A DNA stretch of 64,000 nt from Pseudomonadota bacterium (GCA_021798335.1 JAJZMI010000050.1:1273-65272), one strand, 5' to 3'. Positions 8,526 to 19,251 are shown, counted from the stretch's first letter. A program made the numbers and translations. Notes: generated by a model from the letters alone, not told the origin.

Positions 8526-11096
8526 TTAACGCGGCGCCTCTTGGCGATTGCGCAGTCTGGCCTCCAGCTGTTTGGCTACGGTGATATCGACGAAGGTGAT
8601 CACGGCCCCCTGGATGACGTTGGCTACCGTGCGGTACGGCATGATGCGCACCTTGAACCACCGCGCATCACTGGTCGAGATCTCCTTTTCGCTATACGCG
8701 AGGGTGCGCAACGTTTCTTTGGCGTCGGCGTCGAGTTCGGGATAGTTCAACGTCGTAGTGAGGTCGCTCAGCGGGCGGCCGATGTCCGCCTCCCGTAGAT
8801 TGATGAGGCGCTTGATCTGCTCAGTGAAGCGGCGTACGTTCAAGTCGTTGTCGAGGAACAGCGTGGCGATGTCGGTGCTGTTGAGCAAATTCTGCATGTC
8901 ACTCTGCGCGAGCGCAAGGTCGTCGAGCTTGGATTGAAGTTCGGCGTTGATCGTCTGCAATTCCTCGTTCATCGACTGGGCCTCTTCCTTGGAAGTCGTG
9001 AGTTCCTCGTTTGCGGACTGCAGCTCCTCGTTCGTCGATTGCAGCTCCTCGATGGCCACCTGCCGCTCCTCGTCCGAGGCGCGCATGGTTTCGCGCAAGG
9101 CCTTGAGTTCTTCCTGGCATCGGGTGAGTTCGGCGGCGATCGCAGGATCGACCGCACCCACGTCTTTCCTGCGCCGAGACTTTTTGGCGATCGGAGCGGC
9201 AACCTCCCGAAATACGACCATCACCATGCCGCCAAGTGGGTTGGGCTCGTCGATGGGTTCGACGGTGATGTCGAGCTGGTGGGTGAAATTATCGTCCATG
9301 CGAAGGCCCCGTATCTCGACTACTGTGCGCTCTTTGATGGCCCGCCACAGGGCCGCGGCAAGCGGGGTTCGTATGGCGGGACGGGCCATGACATGAATGT
9401 TCCAGTTGGCCTTGCCGGCCGCCGGCTCGAGATACCGGCCGGTATGCGCGCTGACATAGAGAATGTCGCCAAGTTCGTTCACGAGAACGGCCGGAGGGGA
9501 AAATTTCTGCAACAGAAATTGGTCGGCCAGCGCCTGGACGTTCGCCGGCTGGGACATTTGCGGTGACAAAGGTAACTCCTGCGCGGGCGCGCGCGCCGAA
9601 ACACGGCGACCAGTGGGAAAATCGACGGTGCGGGGCATGGGCGCCGCCTGGCTGCGGCGGTAAAGGCGGGATTTTGACGACACAGTCGGAAATAGATTCT
9701 GTACCGGTCCCACGGTTTCCGATCCGCCCAGCATCAGAATTCCGCCTGGGAGCAGGCTGTAGTGGAACAGCGGCAGGAGGCGCTTTTGCAACGCCGCGTT
9801 GAAGTAAATCAGGACATTGCGACAGAGCAGCAGGTCGAGTCGCGTGAACGGCGGATCCATGATCAGATCGTGCTGGGCGAACAGCACCCGTTCGCGGATT
9901 CGTGGGTCGATGAGGTAGCCGTCACCCTGCGTGCGAAAAAAGCGGTCCAGACGCTCCGCGGAGACATCTGCGGTTATGGAGCCTGGGTAGCGCCCTCGGC
10001 GGGCGGAGGCTATCGCGTCGGCATTGAGATCCGTGGCAAAGATCTGTAACGTCGATGTGCCCGTCAAGGCCAATCGCTCTCGTGCTTCCGTGAAGACCAT
10101 CGCGAGGGAGAATGCCTCCTCGCCGGTGGAGCAGCCCGCGACCCAAGCACGGTACTGCTTGTCGGGGCCTTCGCGCGCGAACAGTTCCGGCAGCGCAACG
10201 GAGCTTAATTCTTCCCAGGCCTCTGGATTGCGGAAGAAACTCGTCACCCCGATCAGCATTTCCTTGAAGAGCAGATCGAGTTCCGTGGGGTTTGCGAGCA
10301 AGAGGGCGGCGTATTCTTCGATGGTCGTGACACGATGGATGGCCATGCGCCGCTCGATGCGGCGCCGCAGCGTGCTTGGCTTATACAGCGTCAGGTCATG
10401 CTTGCTGCGCGCATGCAGCAACTCCAGGACCGAGTCGAAGTCGGCGGTCGCGTCACCGTTGTTCTGCCCGGAAGCGAGTGCATGGGGTTGCGGGGAGATG
10501 ACCTGAAGAATACGCTGCGGCATCTCGGAAGGGAGTGCCACGACATCGGCCACGCCAGCCGTGACTGCGCTCTTCGGCATCGAATCAAACTGTGCCGAAT
10601 GCGGCTCTTGCGCGAGCGTCAAGCCGCCTTGGCTCTTGATCGCCTGCAGACCGAGGGTCCCGTCCGACCCCATGCCTGACAGGACGACCCCGATGGCTCG
10701 GGCTCCCTGATCCCCGGCGAGGGAGCAAAACAGCACGTCGATGGGCAGGCGCATCCCGCGCGGCTCGCCCGGCTTCGCGGGACGCAGGAATCCGCCCTTC
10801 ACGGACAGCTCGGTGTCTGGGGGGATCACGTACACGACATCGCGTTTCACCCGCATGGACGCCGTCACCTCGCGCACGGGCATGGACGTCGCCCGTTGAA
10901 GCAGGTCGGGCAACATCGCTTTGTGCGTCGGATCCATATGCTGCACGACAACATAGGCGACGCCGCTCGGCACCGGCACATGACTTAGGAACTCTTGCAG
11001 TGGCTGCAGGCCACCCGCGGAGGCGCCGAGTCCCACGATGTGCGTCGGGACTCGGTCCTCTTCCGAGGAGTCGCTCGTGGGTGTCAGCGGGGTCAT
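8526..11096 (-). CDS. CheB methylesterase - CheR methyltransferase - PAS fusion protein (no kinase domain)
   Basis: 856 aa. It has a CheB-type N-domain (IVGLGASAGGLQPLQEFL...VVVQHMDP), a CheR SAM-methyltransferase middle part (AWVAGCSTGEEAFSLAM), an EELQSxNEEL repeat coiled coil and a terminal PAS domain. Confidence 0.85.
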   Translation of the reverse strand: MTPLTPTSDSSEEDRVPTHIVGLGASAGGLQPLQEFLSHVPVPSGVAYVVVQHMDPTHKAMLPDLLQRATSMPVREVTASMRVKRDVVYVIPPDTELSVKGGFLRPAKPGEPRGMRLPIDVLFCSLAGDQGARAIGVVLSGMGSDGTLGLQAIKSQGGLTLAQEPHSAQFDSMPKSAVTAGVADVVALPSEMPQRILQVISPQPHALASGQNNGDATADFDSVLELLHARSKHDLTLYKPSTLRRRIERRMAIHRVTTIEEYAALLLANPTELDLLFKEMLIGVTSFFRNPEAWEELSSVALPELFAREGPDKQYRAWVAGCSTGEEAFSLAMVFTEARERLALTGTSTLQIFATDLNADAIASARRGRYPGSITADVSAERLDRFFRTQGDGYLIDPRIRERVLFAQHDLIMDPPFTRLDLLLCRNVLIYFNAALQKRLLPLFHYSLLPGGILMLGGSETVGPVQNLFPTVSSKSRLYRRSQAAPMPRTVDFPTGRRVSARAPAQELPLSPQMSQPANVQALADQFLLQKFSPPAVLVNELGDILYVSAHTGRYLEPAAGKANWNIHVMARPAIRTPLAAALWRAIKERTVVEIRGLRMDDNFTHQLDITVEPIDEPNPLGGMVMVVFREVAAPIAKKSRRRKDVGAVDPAIAAELTRCQEELKALRETMRASDEERQVAIEELQSTNEELQSANEELTTSKEEAQSMNEELQTINAELQSKLDDLALAQSDMQNLLNSTDIATLFLDNDLNVRRFTEQIKRLINLREADIGRPLSDLTTTLNYPELDADAKETLRTLAYSEKEISTSDARWFKVRIMPYRTVANVIQGAVITFVDITVAKQLEARLRNRQEAPR

Positions 11097-12158
11097 GGGT
11101 TTCCTGGAGACATTGTCCGGCGAAACGAGTGTCAGCGCGCCCGAGAATACTGGTCCCCGGAAGGTCTGGGCAAATTCATTCTCGGCCGCACCGCCGAAGA
11201 AGCCGGTCTGTTGGAGCGGTGCGCGGGTGGCTCGAAGCGGGCGGCAGCGGGACGATTTTTAGGCTTGAACGGCCGGGATCGATCCCTGCGGATGAGCGTT
11301 TCGGCTCAGGGAGGCGCACGCCCAGGCGGGTGCAGCTGTTCCGGAGCGTGCCGTATCGAGGATGGGGGGAAAGGCAAGAACTACCCTCTGCGCGATCCGC
11401 CGGCATACGCGAGATAAGGACGGCAGACAGTCCGCGCCGAGGCAAGCGGCCGACCCATGGGCCCGAGCGCCACCACATCGGTACGGCACCGCTAACGCTC
11501 GAGCACTTCGGCTGTCGGCAGCACTGCCGCGCGTGCTGCCGCGAGGCGCTGAAGGCCACGCAGCTGCCGTGCGGGCACGCGCGCCCCGCCGTGGCAATGC
11601 AGGAGTATCTGGAGCGGATGTTCAAGCTCGTGCCGGCGTCAATCTGGATGAGAACCGCGCGACAATCAGGATGAGAAGGCTGCCTCCGATCGATCTGTCC
11701 CGGCGGACCGCCCGGGTGGTTAATGTCTCCCTGCGACAATGCGCTGATCATTCCGTCGCTGCAACCGCACTGCGAATCGTTCCGTGGCATCTCGAGCCGG
11801 TGGATCAGTTCGCCGGCGCACAGACGGCAACAGGGGCCGCAGCCATCCTGCCTGCATTGCTCTTTGACCACGAGCGTCGACTCAGATGCGCCGAGCACCG
11901 TCGTGTACGCGATTCGAGCCAAGAGGTCACGTCGGCGTGGCTTGCCCGCAGCCCTGCGCTGGCGTCGAGAGTATCGTGCGTGATTCGCCGCGCCAATGGG
12001 CGCGAGCCGGCAGGTGCTCTGAGCGAATGCGAGCGCGCGTCCTGGGCTCGGTGGAGCCTTGATAGCCAATCCTGCGCCGGCCGACCGATCCGAGGCCAGA
12101 CCTATGGCACCGGGCGCAGTTCAGCCCGCCTCGCTCAGCCGCCAGCCGCTGAGGACGC

Positions 12159-12464
12159 TTGACCGTACGCGCTACGCGTTGGCAGTGGGTGTCGCGCGCG
12201 GCGCTGGCGAAGGACGGTGCCGAAGCCGTTGGCTCGCTTGCCGAGCTCGTACAGGAGCTCGAGGAAGCGGTTGCCGCGGATGTGCTTTCCACGGCGCTCT
12301 ATGCTCGATTCCGCTCGCGGCAAGAACATACCTTTGGAGAAAAGATGCTCTCCGCGATGCGCTTTGGCTTCGGTGGGCACGTCGAGGGAAGCGAGCCGAC
12401 GGACCCCAAGCCAAAGCCGAGGGCACCGCGGGAGCAGCCGATAACACGGCACGCCGCACGGTAG
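12159..12464 (+). pseudogene. gnd: 3' remnant of a 6-phosphogluconate dehydrogenase (Gnd/YqeC-type) gene
   Basis: Only the last 60-70 codons look Gnd-like ([42 protein letters not shown]). No upstream frame carries the Rossmann or N-terminal part. Confidence 0.55.
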
Positions 12465-12468
12465 CGCG

Positions 12469-13899
12469 ATGATTGACTCCGCGCTCGATTTTGGAGGCAA
12501 CGGCGCGCCGCGGTCCGACGCCTTGGTCCTGTTCGGGGTGACCGGCGATCTTGCGCATAAAATGATCTTTCCGGCGCTCTATGCGCTGACCCAGAAGGGT
12601 GCCCTGAAGATCCCGCTGATCGGCGTGGCCTCCTCGAACTGGAGCCCGGCGCAGCTTCGAGGGAGGGCAACGGACAGCATCAGAGCCGGCGGAAGGATCA
12701 GTGACCGTTCCGCGCTGCATCGTCTGCTCTCGCGGCTGCGCTACGTCGCGGGCGACTACAATGACCCGGAAACGTTCAAGTCGCTCAAAGAAGCCCTTGG
12801 CCATGCCCGACATCCGGCATTTTATCTGGCCATTCCGCCGGCGCTGTTCGCGACCGTCATCAAGGGGCTCGGTGTCGCCGGTTTGGCCGAGGGCGCGCGC
12901 GTCATCGTCGAGAAGCCGTTCGGTCGCGACCTGAGATCCGCGCGCGACCTCCATCGCGTCGCCCGATCGGTGTTTCCGGAGGAGTCGATCTTCCGCATCG
13001 ATCACTTCCTCGCGAAGGAGGCGATCATGAACATTCTGTATTTTCGTTTTGCCAACTCATTTCTTGAGCCGATCTGGAACCGGAACTACGTGGCGAGCGT
13101 GCAGCTCACCCTGGCGGAGGAGATCGGCGTGCAGGGCCGGGGCGCGTTTTACGAGTCCGCAGGCTGTCTGCGCGACGTCATCCAGAATCATCTCTTTCAG
13201 ATTGTCGGGCTGCTCGCGATGGAGCCGCCGACCTATCGGGGGTTTGGCGCCGTGCATCGCGAGACAGCCGATGTCTTTCAGGCCATGCGGCCGCTGAAGC
13301 GCCGCGACCTGGTACGCGGCCAGTACACGGGCTACCGGCGCGAGCCCGGCGTGGCGAAGCGTTCGGATGTCGAGACATTCTGCGCGTTGCGACTCTACAT
13401 TGACTCCTGGCGCTGGCAAGGCGTGCCGTGGTATGTGCGCTCTGGCAAGTGTCTGGCGACGACGGCCACGGAAGTGATCGTGGAGCTGAAACCGCCGCCG
13501 CAACGACTATTCGCTGACTCGACGCCCGCCAACGGCCTGGGCAACTATCTGCGCTTTCGCCTTTCCCCCCGTTCCGCTATTGCGCTGGCGGCTCGCGTCA
13601 AGCGAGCCGGAAAGCGGTTCGTGGGCGATCAGCGCGAGCTCTATCTGTTCGACGAGCAGCCTGGGGAAGAGGCCCCTTACGAGCGACTGCTGGGCGATGC
13701 CATAGCGGGGGACAGCGCGCTCTTCACAAGCGAGGACGCCGTGGAGGCGGCCTGGGCAGTAGTCGAGCCCGTTCTGAAGAATCCTCCCCGGGTCCGCGCC
13801 TACCGACGGGGTAGCTGGGGACCGCGGGAAGCGGAGGCACTGACCGCTGCCGGGGGCGGTTGGCACAACCCTTGGCCCGGTGGGAAGCACGATTACTGA
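12469..13899 (+). CDS. zwf: Glucose-6-phosphate dehydrogenase
   Basis: 476 aa with LVLFGVTGDLAHKMIFPALY (NADP site) and FRIDHFLAKE (the RIDHYLGKE active-site motif). Confidence 0.92.
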   Translation: MIDSALDFGGNGAPRSDALVLFGVTGDLAHKMIFPALYALTQKGALKIPLIGVASSNWSPAQLRGRATDSIRAGGRISDRSALHRLLSRLRYVAGDYNDPETFKSLKEALGHARHPAFYLAIPPALFATVIKGLGVAGLAEGARVIVEKPFGRDLRSARDLHRVARSVFPEESIFRIDHFLAKEAIMNILYFRFANSFLEPIWNRNYVASVQLTLAEEIGVQGRGAFYESAGCLRDVIQNHLFQIVGLLAMEPPTYRGFGAVHRETADVFQAMRPLKRRDLVRGQYTGYRREPGVAKRSDVETFCALRLYIDSWRWQGVPWYVRSGKCLATTATEVIVELKPPPQRLFADSTPANGLGNYLRFRLSPRSAIALAARVKRAGKRFVGDQRELYLFDEQPGEEAPYERLLGDAIAGDSALFTSEDAVEAAWAVVEPVLKNPPRVRAYRRGSWGPREAEALTAAGGGWHNPWPGGKHDY

Positions 13900-13905
13900 G
13901 TCTTA

Positions 13906-14965
13906 CGTAAGTACGTGACGCCCTCAAAACAGCTCTGCCTGTTTCCAGAATGCGGTGACGAGCGTGGTGCGTCGCTGCATCGAACGCAGGTTCCTTCGAG
14001 CGCACTGAGCCGGGTCGGTGAAGTTCGTCGCGCAGTAGTTGGGCATTGCGTGATCCTTGAGGTAACCCCAGATGCATTCGACGGGGTTCATTTCCGGGGC
14101 GTAAGCCGGCAGACGCTCGAGCACGATGCGGCCACGCTGAGCTTCCGCATGGGCGCGCACGAGCTTCGAGCGGTGGGCCTGCAGACCATCCCGGATGATC
14201 AGCAGCTTCTTGCCGATCGTCGCCTGCAGGGCTTTGAGAAACTCGGCGATCTGCGGACTCTTGATCGAGCCGTTGAACAGGCGAAAGTAGAAGTGCCAAT
14301 AGATGATCCCGGCAATTACCGACAGCTGCTTCCAGCTGAAGCGGTACTGCAGTACCGGCGTCTCACCCTTGGGAGCCCACGTTCTCGCGCGACAAGGTCT
14401 CTCGGACAGACCCGATTCGTCGATAAAGACGATTCCTCGGCCTTGTCGCGCAGCGATCGTTTTAGCGCCGGCTACCTCTTGGCTTTCCAGGTGCGAATCG
14501 CCCGCTCGGCCACTGCACGCTCCAGCCCAGCCGTCCGCGCAGCCGCCACACTGAGGAGGGGACCATCGAGACCGAGAACCTCTCCTCGATCAGCCGCGCA
14601 ATCCGGGGCAACGTCCACAGCTCCGTCGCGACCCCGGCGGCCATCGACCCTCCCTTCAGCAATCACACCAGTTCCTCCCGCTGCGATTCGGACAGCCGTT
14701 CCGGGCGCCCGAAGTGTACGGCGCGACGGAGCGCCGGCAGTCCTCCCTGTTGGCGCAGCCGCTCCCCGCGCTTCACCGTCTGGCGAGTTACGCCCACCTG
14801 ACGTGCAACTTCCGCTTGCGGCTGTCCCGCAGCCAACAGCCTCGCCCCGCGCCGTCGGCGTCGCTCTAGTTCCTTACGTTTCTCTACGTGCTTCATCAGT
14901 ACCCCGAATGTAACCATTCCAGGTACTTGGACCGCAGGAAGTCGAAAAAATGTCACCCATTTACG
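13906..14965 (-). mobile_element. Decayed IS630-family insertion sequence (transposase pseudogene)
   Basis: Imperfect terminal IRs CGTAAGTACGTGAC (13906-13919) and GTCACCCATTTACG (14952-14965). The transposase runs from ATG 14896 to stop 13924 but is broken three times: an in-frame TGA at 14663-14665, a frame change near 14530, and a TAG at 14472-14474. A CTAAAAC slippery-type site lies next to the TAG. The DDE C-terminal part reads IVFIDESGLSERP...YAPEMNPVECIWGYLK. Confidence 0.8.
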
Positions 14966-15082
14966 CACCTCTCAATAATAAGCACATATTATGCCAACGG
15001 TCGACGTCGGAGTGGTCTCCGGGATGAGCAGGCTCACGAATGGGAGTTCACACGCGTTGTGCGTTTCAAGAGAGCGCGGCTG

Positions 15083-17188
15083 ATGGAGTTACCACCCGTC
15101 CAGCTGGCCGGGCTCGCCATTCAGGAGGCCCCAGACGTGATGCTCTTCGTCGATGCTGGTTGGATCATCCGGTTTACCAATTGCCAAGTCACGGCCGGTT
15201 TCGGCTATGCGTCCGAGGAGCTGGTTGTCCTCGGCATCGAGCGCCTGGTGCTCGAGCGGGTTCGCCAACGCCGCATGGCCCGCCGCAGTGAATACTTGGC
15301 TCACATGCGTGTACGTGCGATGAGCACCGGTCTTGCAGGCTATGTAGTGCGGCACCACGGTACGGAGTTTCCCGTGGAGATCCAACTTAGCCTGATCAAG
15401 AACGGCACCGAAGCACTCGTCGCCGCGGCTATCCGTGATGCGAGTGATCGGGAACACGTTGCGGCTGACTTGAACGCACCGCTCGAAGACATGCAAAGCC
15501 TTTGCAAGATGAGCATGCAACTCATGAAGGTGACAGACCTATCGACGATTGTCGGCGAAATTCTTGACGCCATCGTTACCTTGCAGGCAGCCGATTTCGG
15601 GGAAATCCAGTTACGCGATCCGGAAACCGGCGCGCTTCAACTCGTGATGCAGCGGGGATTCTCGGCGAGCTTTCTCGATTGCTTCGCGAGCATTGATTCA
15701 GGTAATGAATCGGCATACGGCCGCTCCTTATCATCGGGCGAGCGCGTCGTCATCAAAGACGTGCAACCGGACAGTGAATATCTGCCGTTCCGCGCCATCG
15801 CGGCGCAGGAGGGGTATCGTGCGGTCCAGTTCGCTCGGATTCGCGGGCTCGACGGGGTACCAATAGGAATACTATCAACACATTTCCGTCAACCTCATCG
15901 GCCGTCAGAAAGAGAGCTGCAACTGACGGATCTGTATATGCATCTGGCCGCGACCCTGATCGCACGCGGTAGGGCCGACGAGGCGGCGCGGGCCGCACGC
16001 GATCTCGCCAACCGGGCGAATCAAGCCAAAAGCCGCTTTCTCGCCACTGCGAGCCACGACCTGCGCCAGCCGCTGCAGACAATCGCACTCCTGAACGGTG
16101 TGCTGCGCCGCACGATGCGCGACGAGGAATCGGGCCAGGCACTCTTTCAACAGGAACAGGCGATCGGGGCGATGGCGCGTCTGCTCAATGCCCTTCTGGA
16201 TATCAGTAAACTCGAGTCCGGGGCTGTGAGGCCAGAGCTCGGGGATTTCGCCGTCGCGACCCTGTTTGAGGAGCTGCGGCGTGATTTCGCCGGTATCGCC
16301 GCAGGGAAGGGTTTGTCGTTTGACATCGAGACTTGTCGCTGCTGCGTGCACAGCGATCCATCGCTCATCGAGCAGGTTCTGCGCAACCTCGTCGCTAACG
16401 CGATAAAGTACACTCTGCGCGGACGCGTGACATTAAATTGTCACGTCGTCAGCGACTCGAACATCCGTATCGACGTACTCGACACTGGCATTGGGATTCC
16501 CGAGGAAAAACTCGGCTACATCTACGACGAGTTCTACCAGATCGGCGTTGGATCCAATAGCGCGCGCGATAGCTACGGGCTCGGGCTATCGATCGTCAAG
16601 CGGATCGCAGATCTCCTCGGTCTCAAGCTCGAGGTGCGCTCACAGGTGGGAACGGGCTCGTGCTTCTCGGTCCTCCTTCCTCCTGCGCAGGGCCCGGTGG
16701 CCCTAGCGTCCCCGCGATCGGGAGAATCCGGACCGCTTGCCCAGTCTCCCGAAAGACGCAGGACGCTGAAGCTGCTCCTCGTGGAGGACGACCCGGGCGT
16801 GCAGGATGCCACACGGATGTTGCTGAAAGTGGCAGGCTACGATGTAACAGCCGTCTCCTCGCTCATGGATGCGCTCGCTGCGGCTTGTACCGGCGTAGAC
16901 CTGCTGGTGACCGACTACCATCTGGCCGGCGGGGAGACGGGCACTCAGGTCATCGCGGCACTTCGCAATACGCTCGGAACGTCACTGAAGACCGTGCTCG
17001 TCACCGGAGACACCTCCAGCGTGATCCGCGAGCTTCCCTGCGATCAGAATCTCCGCGTCGCCAGCAAGCCCCTCCACGCCGAGGAACTGTTGAGGCTCCT
17101 ACAATCGTTGATGGTTGCCGATAATCCCCCGGACGTTTCGGAGACCAACTCGGCTGCATTCGAGGCGTCCGCAAGGCCGACGCTGTGA
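15083..17188 (+). CDS. PAS-GAF hybrid sensor histidine kinase / response regulator
   Basis: ATG at 15083. The track start at 14888 would read across the IS630 end. Domains are PAS, GAF (ILDAIVTLQAADFGEIQL...), H-box ATASHDLRQPL, HATPase (DTGIGIP, GLGLSIV) and a C-terminal receiver (LLLVEDDPGV...DLLVTDYHL). Confidence 0.85.
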   Translation: MELPPVQLAGLAIQEAPDVMLFVDAGWIIRFTNCQVTAGFGYASEELVVLGIERLVLERVRQRRMARRSEYLAHMRVRAMSTGLAGYVVRHHGTEFPVEIQLSLIKNGTEALVAAAIRDASDREHVAADLNAPLEDMQSLCKMSMQLMKVTDLSTIVGEILDAIVTLQAADFGEIQLRDPETGALQLVMQRGFSASFLDCFASIDSGNESAYGRSLSSGERVVIKDVQPDSEYLPFRAIAAQEGYRAVQFARIRGLDGVPIGILSTHFRQPHRPSERELQLTDLYMHLAATLIARGRADEAARAARDLANRANQAKSRFLATASHDLRQPLQTIALLNGVLRRTMRDEESGQALFQQEQAIGAMARLLNALLDISKLESGAVRPELGDFAVATLFEELRRDFAGIAAGKGLSFDIETCRCCVHSDPSLIEQVLRNLVANAIKYTLRGRVTLNCHVVSDSNIRIDVLDTGIGIPEEKLGYIYDEFYQIGVGSNSARDSYGLGLSIVKRIADLLGLKLEVRSQVGTGSCFSVLLPPAQGPVALASPRSGESGPLAQSPERRRTLKLLLVEDDPGVQDATRMLLKVAGYDVTAVSSLMDALAAACTGVDLLVTDYHLAGGETGTQVIAALRNTLGTSLKTVLVTGDTSSVIRELPCDQNLRVASKPLHAEELLRLLQSLMVADNPPDVSETNSAAFEASARPTL

Positions 17189-17603
17189 TCTTTCGCGTGC
17201 GCCTCGGGGACACGTGGTTGAGCTACTGCCGGGAAGGTGGCATGGCCGGGACACCCGATGCCGGTTGGGGTTCGTCTGTAAACCCTGGTTCTCGAAGCAC
17301 AGGTCTGTCGCCGGGTCCCTGCTCCCGCGGGAGCAGTCGCCATCTCACTACCTCCGACCAGCTCAAACCACAATCGCTGGATGTTCTGCTGCGTCTCCGT
17401 CGCGACGAAACAATAATCACCGTCGAGGCCGTAGAAGGAGACATCAGCCGAGCCGCAAACCCGATGAAATAAGACAGCGTTCATAAATAACTGCACCATC
17501 TCACTACTGGCCCAATGTTGTGCGGTGACGGCAGCGTAAGACCTTGAGCATGAAGAAGTTTTCGTCATTTTGGCTGGTCTCGATTTGAACGGCGAATGCG
17601 GCA

Positions 17604-18511
17604 ATGTGGCAAGGAGTTCTCATCCGCGCCGAGGTCGCCTTGAAGACCGAGACGCTGATCTTCGCACAATCGATGGCGCGTCTTCGGCTGACAACATTTC
17701 GGCGCTGCGTGGCGCGTTACGAAGGGACTCACAAAGTCAATAGCGTCACCTGTCTCGGGCAGTTTCTGGTCATGATCTTTGTGCAGCTGACTTTTCGCGA
17801 GAGTCTGCGCGACATGAAAGCGTGTTTTTGCGCTCAGCCCGGCAAGCTCTATCACATGGGACTCCGCTCGCAGGTGGCGGGCAAACGCTATGCCAACGAA
17901 CCGCTTGAAGTCTAGGTGTCCAATACAGTCTACGCATTCGACTCCACGACCATCGATCTGTGTCTGACGTTGCTTCCGTGGGCACGGTTCCGTTCGACCA
18001 AGGCGGCGGTGAAACTCCATAGTTTGCTCGACCTGTGCGGGAATAACGCGACTTTCCCGCATATCAGCGACGGCAAGCTCCACGACGCCAACATTCTCGA
18101 TGGGCTCATTCCCGAGGCTGGCGCGTTCTATATCGTCCATCGCGGCTACGTCGATTTCGAACGCTTGTCGCGAGTCGATCAGGCTGGAGCGTCCTTCGTG
18201 GCCGGTGCCAAATGGGATATGCGCTTCAAGCGACTGGTGTGGCCCAAGACTGACCGCGGCACCTGCGGATCAAGGCGTTTTTCGGTACCTCGGAGAATGC
18301 AGTGAAGAGCGAGATCTGGAGCGCCGTGTGCACGTACGTGCTTGTGGCGATCGTACGAAAGAGGCTGAAGCTGGGGGCGTCGATGCATGAGATCCCACAG
18401 AATCTGAGCGTTACCCTGTTCGAGAAAACTCCGCTCGATCAGCTGCTCACGCTCTCCGTGGAGGAACCATACCTACTCGGCGGCGCCAACCAGCCGAGTT
18501 TGCTCAGATAA
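17604..18511 (+). pseudogene. IS4-family-like DDE transposase, frameshifted and internally deleted
   Basis: Three consecutive ORFs in different frames (17604-17915, 17916-18305, 18302-18511) together read like one transposase: FAQSMARL..FRRCVARYEGTHKV..QLTFRESLRDMKACF..KLYHMG; YAFDSTTIDLCL..; SEIWSAVCTYVLVAIVRKRL. Confidence 0.75.
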
Positions 18512-18519
18512 CGTTGTCA

Positions 18520-19251
18520 GTGCCCCGGGAGACCGGCACGGGGTAGGTGGTGCAAGTCCACTGCGATGAAGGTGTATCGATCCGCATCGGCCCCGAGGCA
18601 TGCGCGGGCGCCCGTGAGGGCGTCGGCGAAGCGTTGACAGGGCAGCGTACCGTCCAGCTATTGAACTGCGAAAGGTTGCGTTTTTCGGGTGCTGAGGCCG
18701 ATCTCAAGGCGTGAGGCAAAACGTTGGCGTACGATAACGCGAGCTCGTCGACGGCCCGGCGTAGTCGAAGACCCTTTCACGTACGGAATCTCTTTGGTCG
18801 GGAACCGGGTGATCTGCAGCTCGACCACTCGCAAACCCAATGGGTGGTCCGCATCGGGAAGGCGAGGAGCCGTAACCGATGATGCACGAGTCGGAGAAGT
18901 CAGACCCCGCCATAGTAGCGGCGACGCCGGCGAACAACGTTGGACGATCGGAGGCGGAGCCGGCGGAGCGAAGAGAAGGGGCCAAGGGAACACGGACAAG
19001 ACCCGCACGCGCCGGACACCGAGCCGGAATAGTGTGTTTCCGGGACTTGAACGTGCACGAGAGAGAGCAAGGAAGGAGAACCAGGATCAGTTCACCGCTC
19101 TGCTTCACCGTGTGACCATTGGTCTGCTGAGGGCAGCCTTTTTGCTGGCTCAAGCGGGATGCGGCCCCGGGAGTAGATGGCCTGACGTGGCGGGGGTACG
19201 AGCAGGACCTGGAGGTTCGACTGGTGGATTTGCATGCGCGCGTACATCGCG
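18520..19251 (+). mobile_element. Group II intron remnant: 5' RNA region plus N-terminus of the intron-encoded reverse transcriptase
   Basis: The RT N-terminus is readable across frames: MMHESEKSDPAIVAATPANNVG..., ...KENQDQFTALLHRVTIGLLRAAF..., LKRDAAPGVDGLTWRGYEQDLEVRLVDLHARVHR. About 360 nt of structured-looking GC-rich leader precede it, starting near GTGCC at 18520. Homology stops at about 19251, where IS110 begins. Confidence 0.6.

Noticed and set aside
11176-12069. 297-aa minus-strand ORF with a Cys-rich stretch (CGPCCRLC ... CGC), considered as a BFD-like [2Fe-2S] protein
   Set aside because: The order of the Cys motifs is the reverse of BFD domains. The rest of the ORF is Arg/Ser/Pro/Ala-rich and overlaps an equally long ORF on the other strand.
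14888-15082. N-terminal 65 codons of the track ORF for the hybrid kinase
   Set aside because: This stretch reads across the IS630 terminal repeat and has no protein-like features. The PAS domain begins right after the ATG at 15083.
17044-17604. 186-aa minus-strand ORF downstream of the kinase
   Set aside because: It overlaps the kinase 3' end. Only a short middle part (MVQLFMNAVLFHRVCGSADVSFYGLDGDYCFVATE) looks protein-like, and I cannot relate it to any family. It may be another gene fragment.
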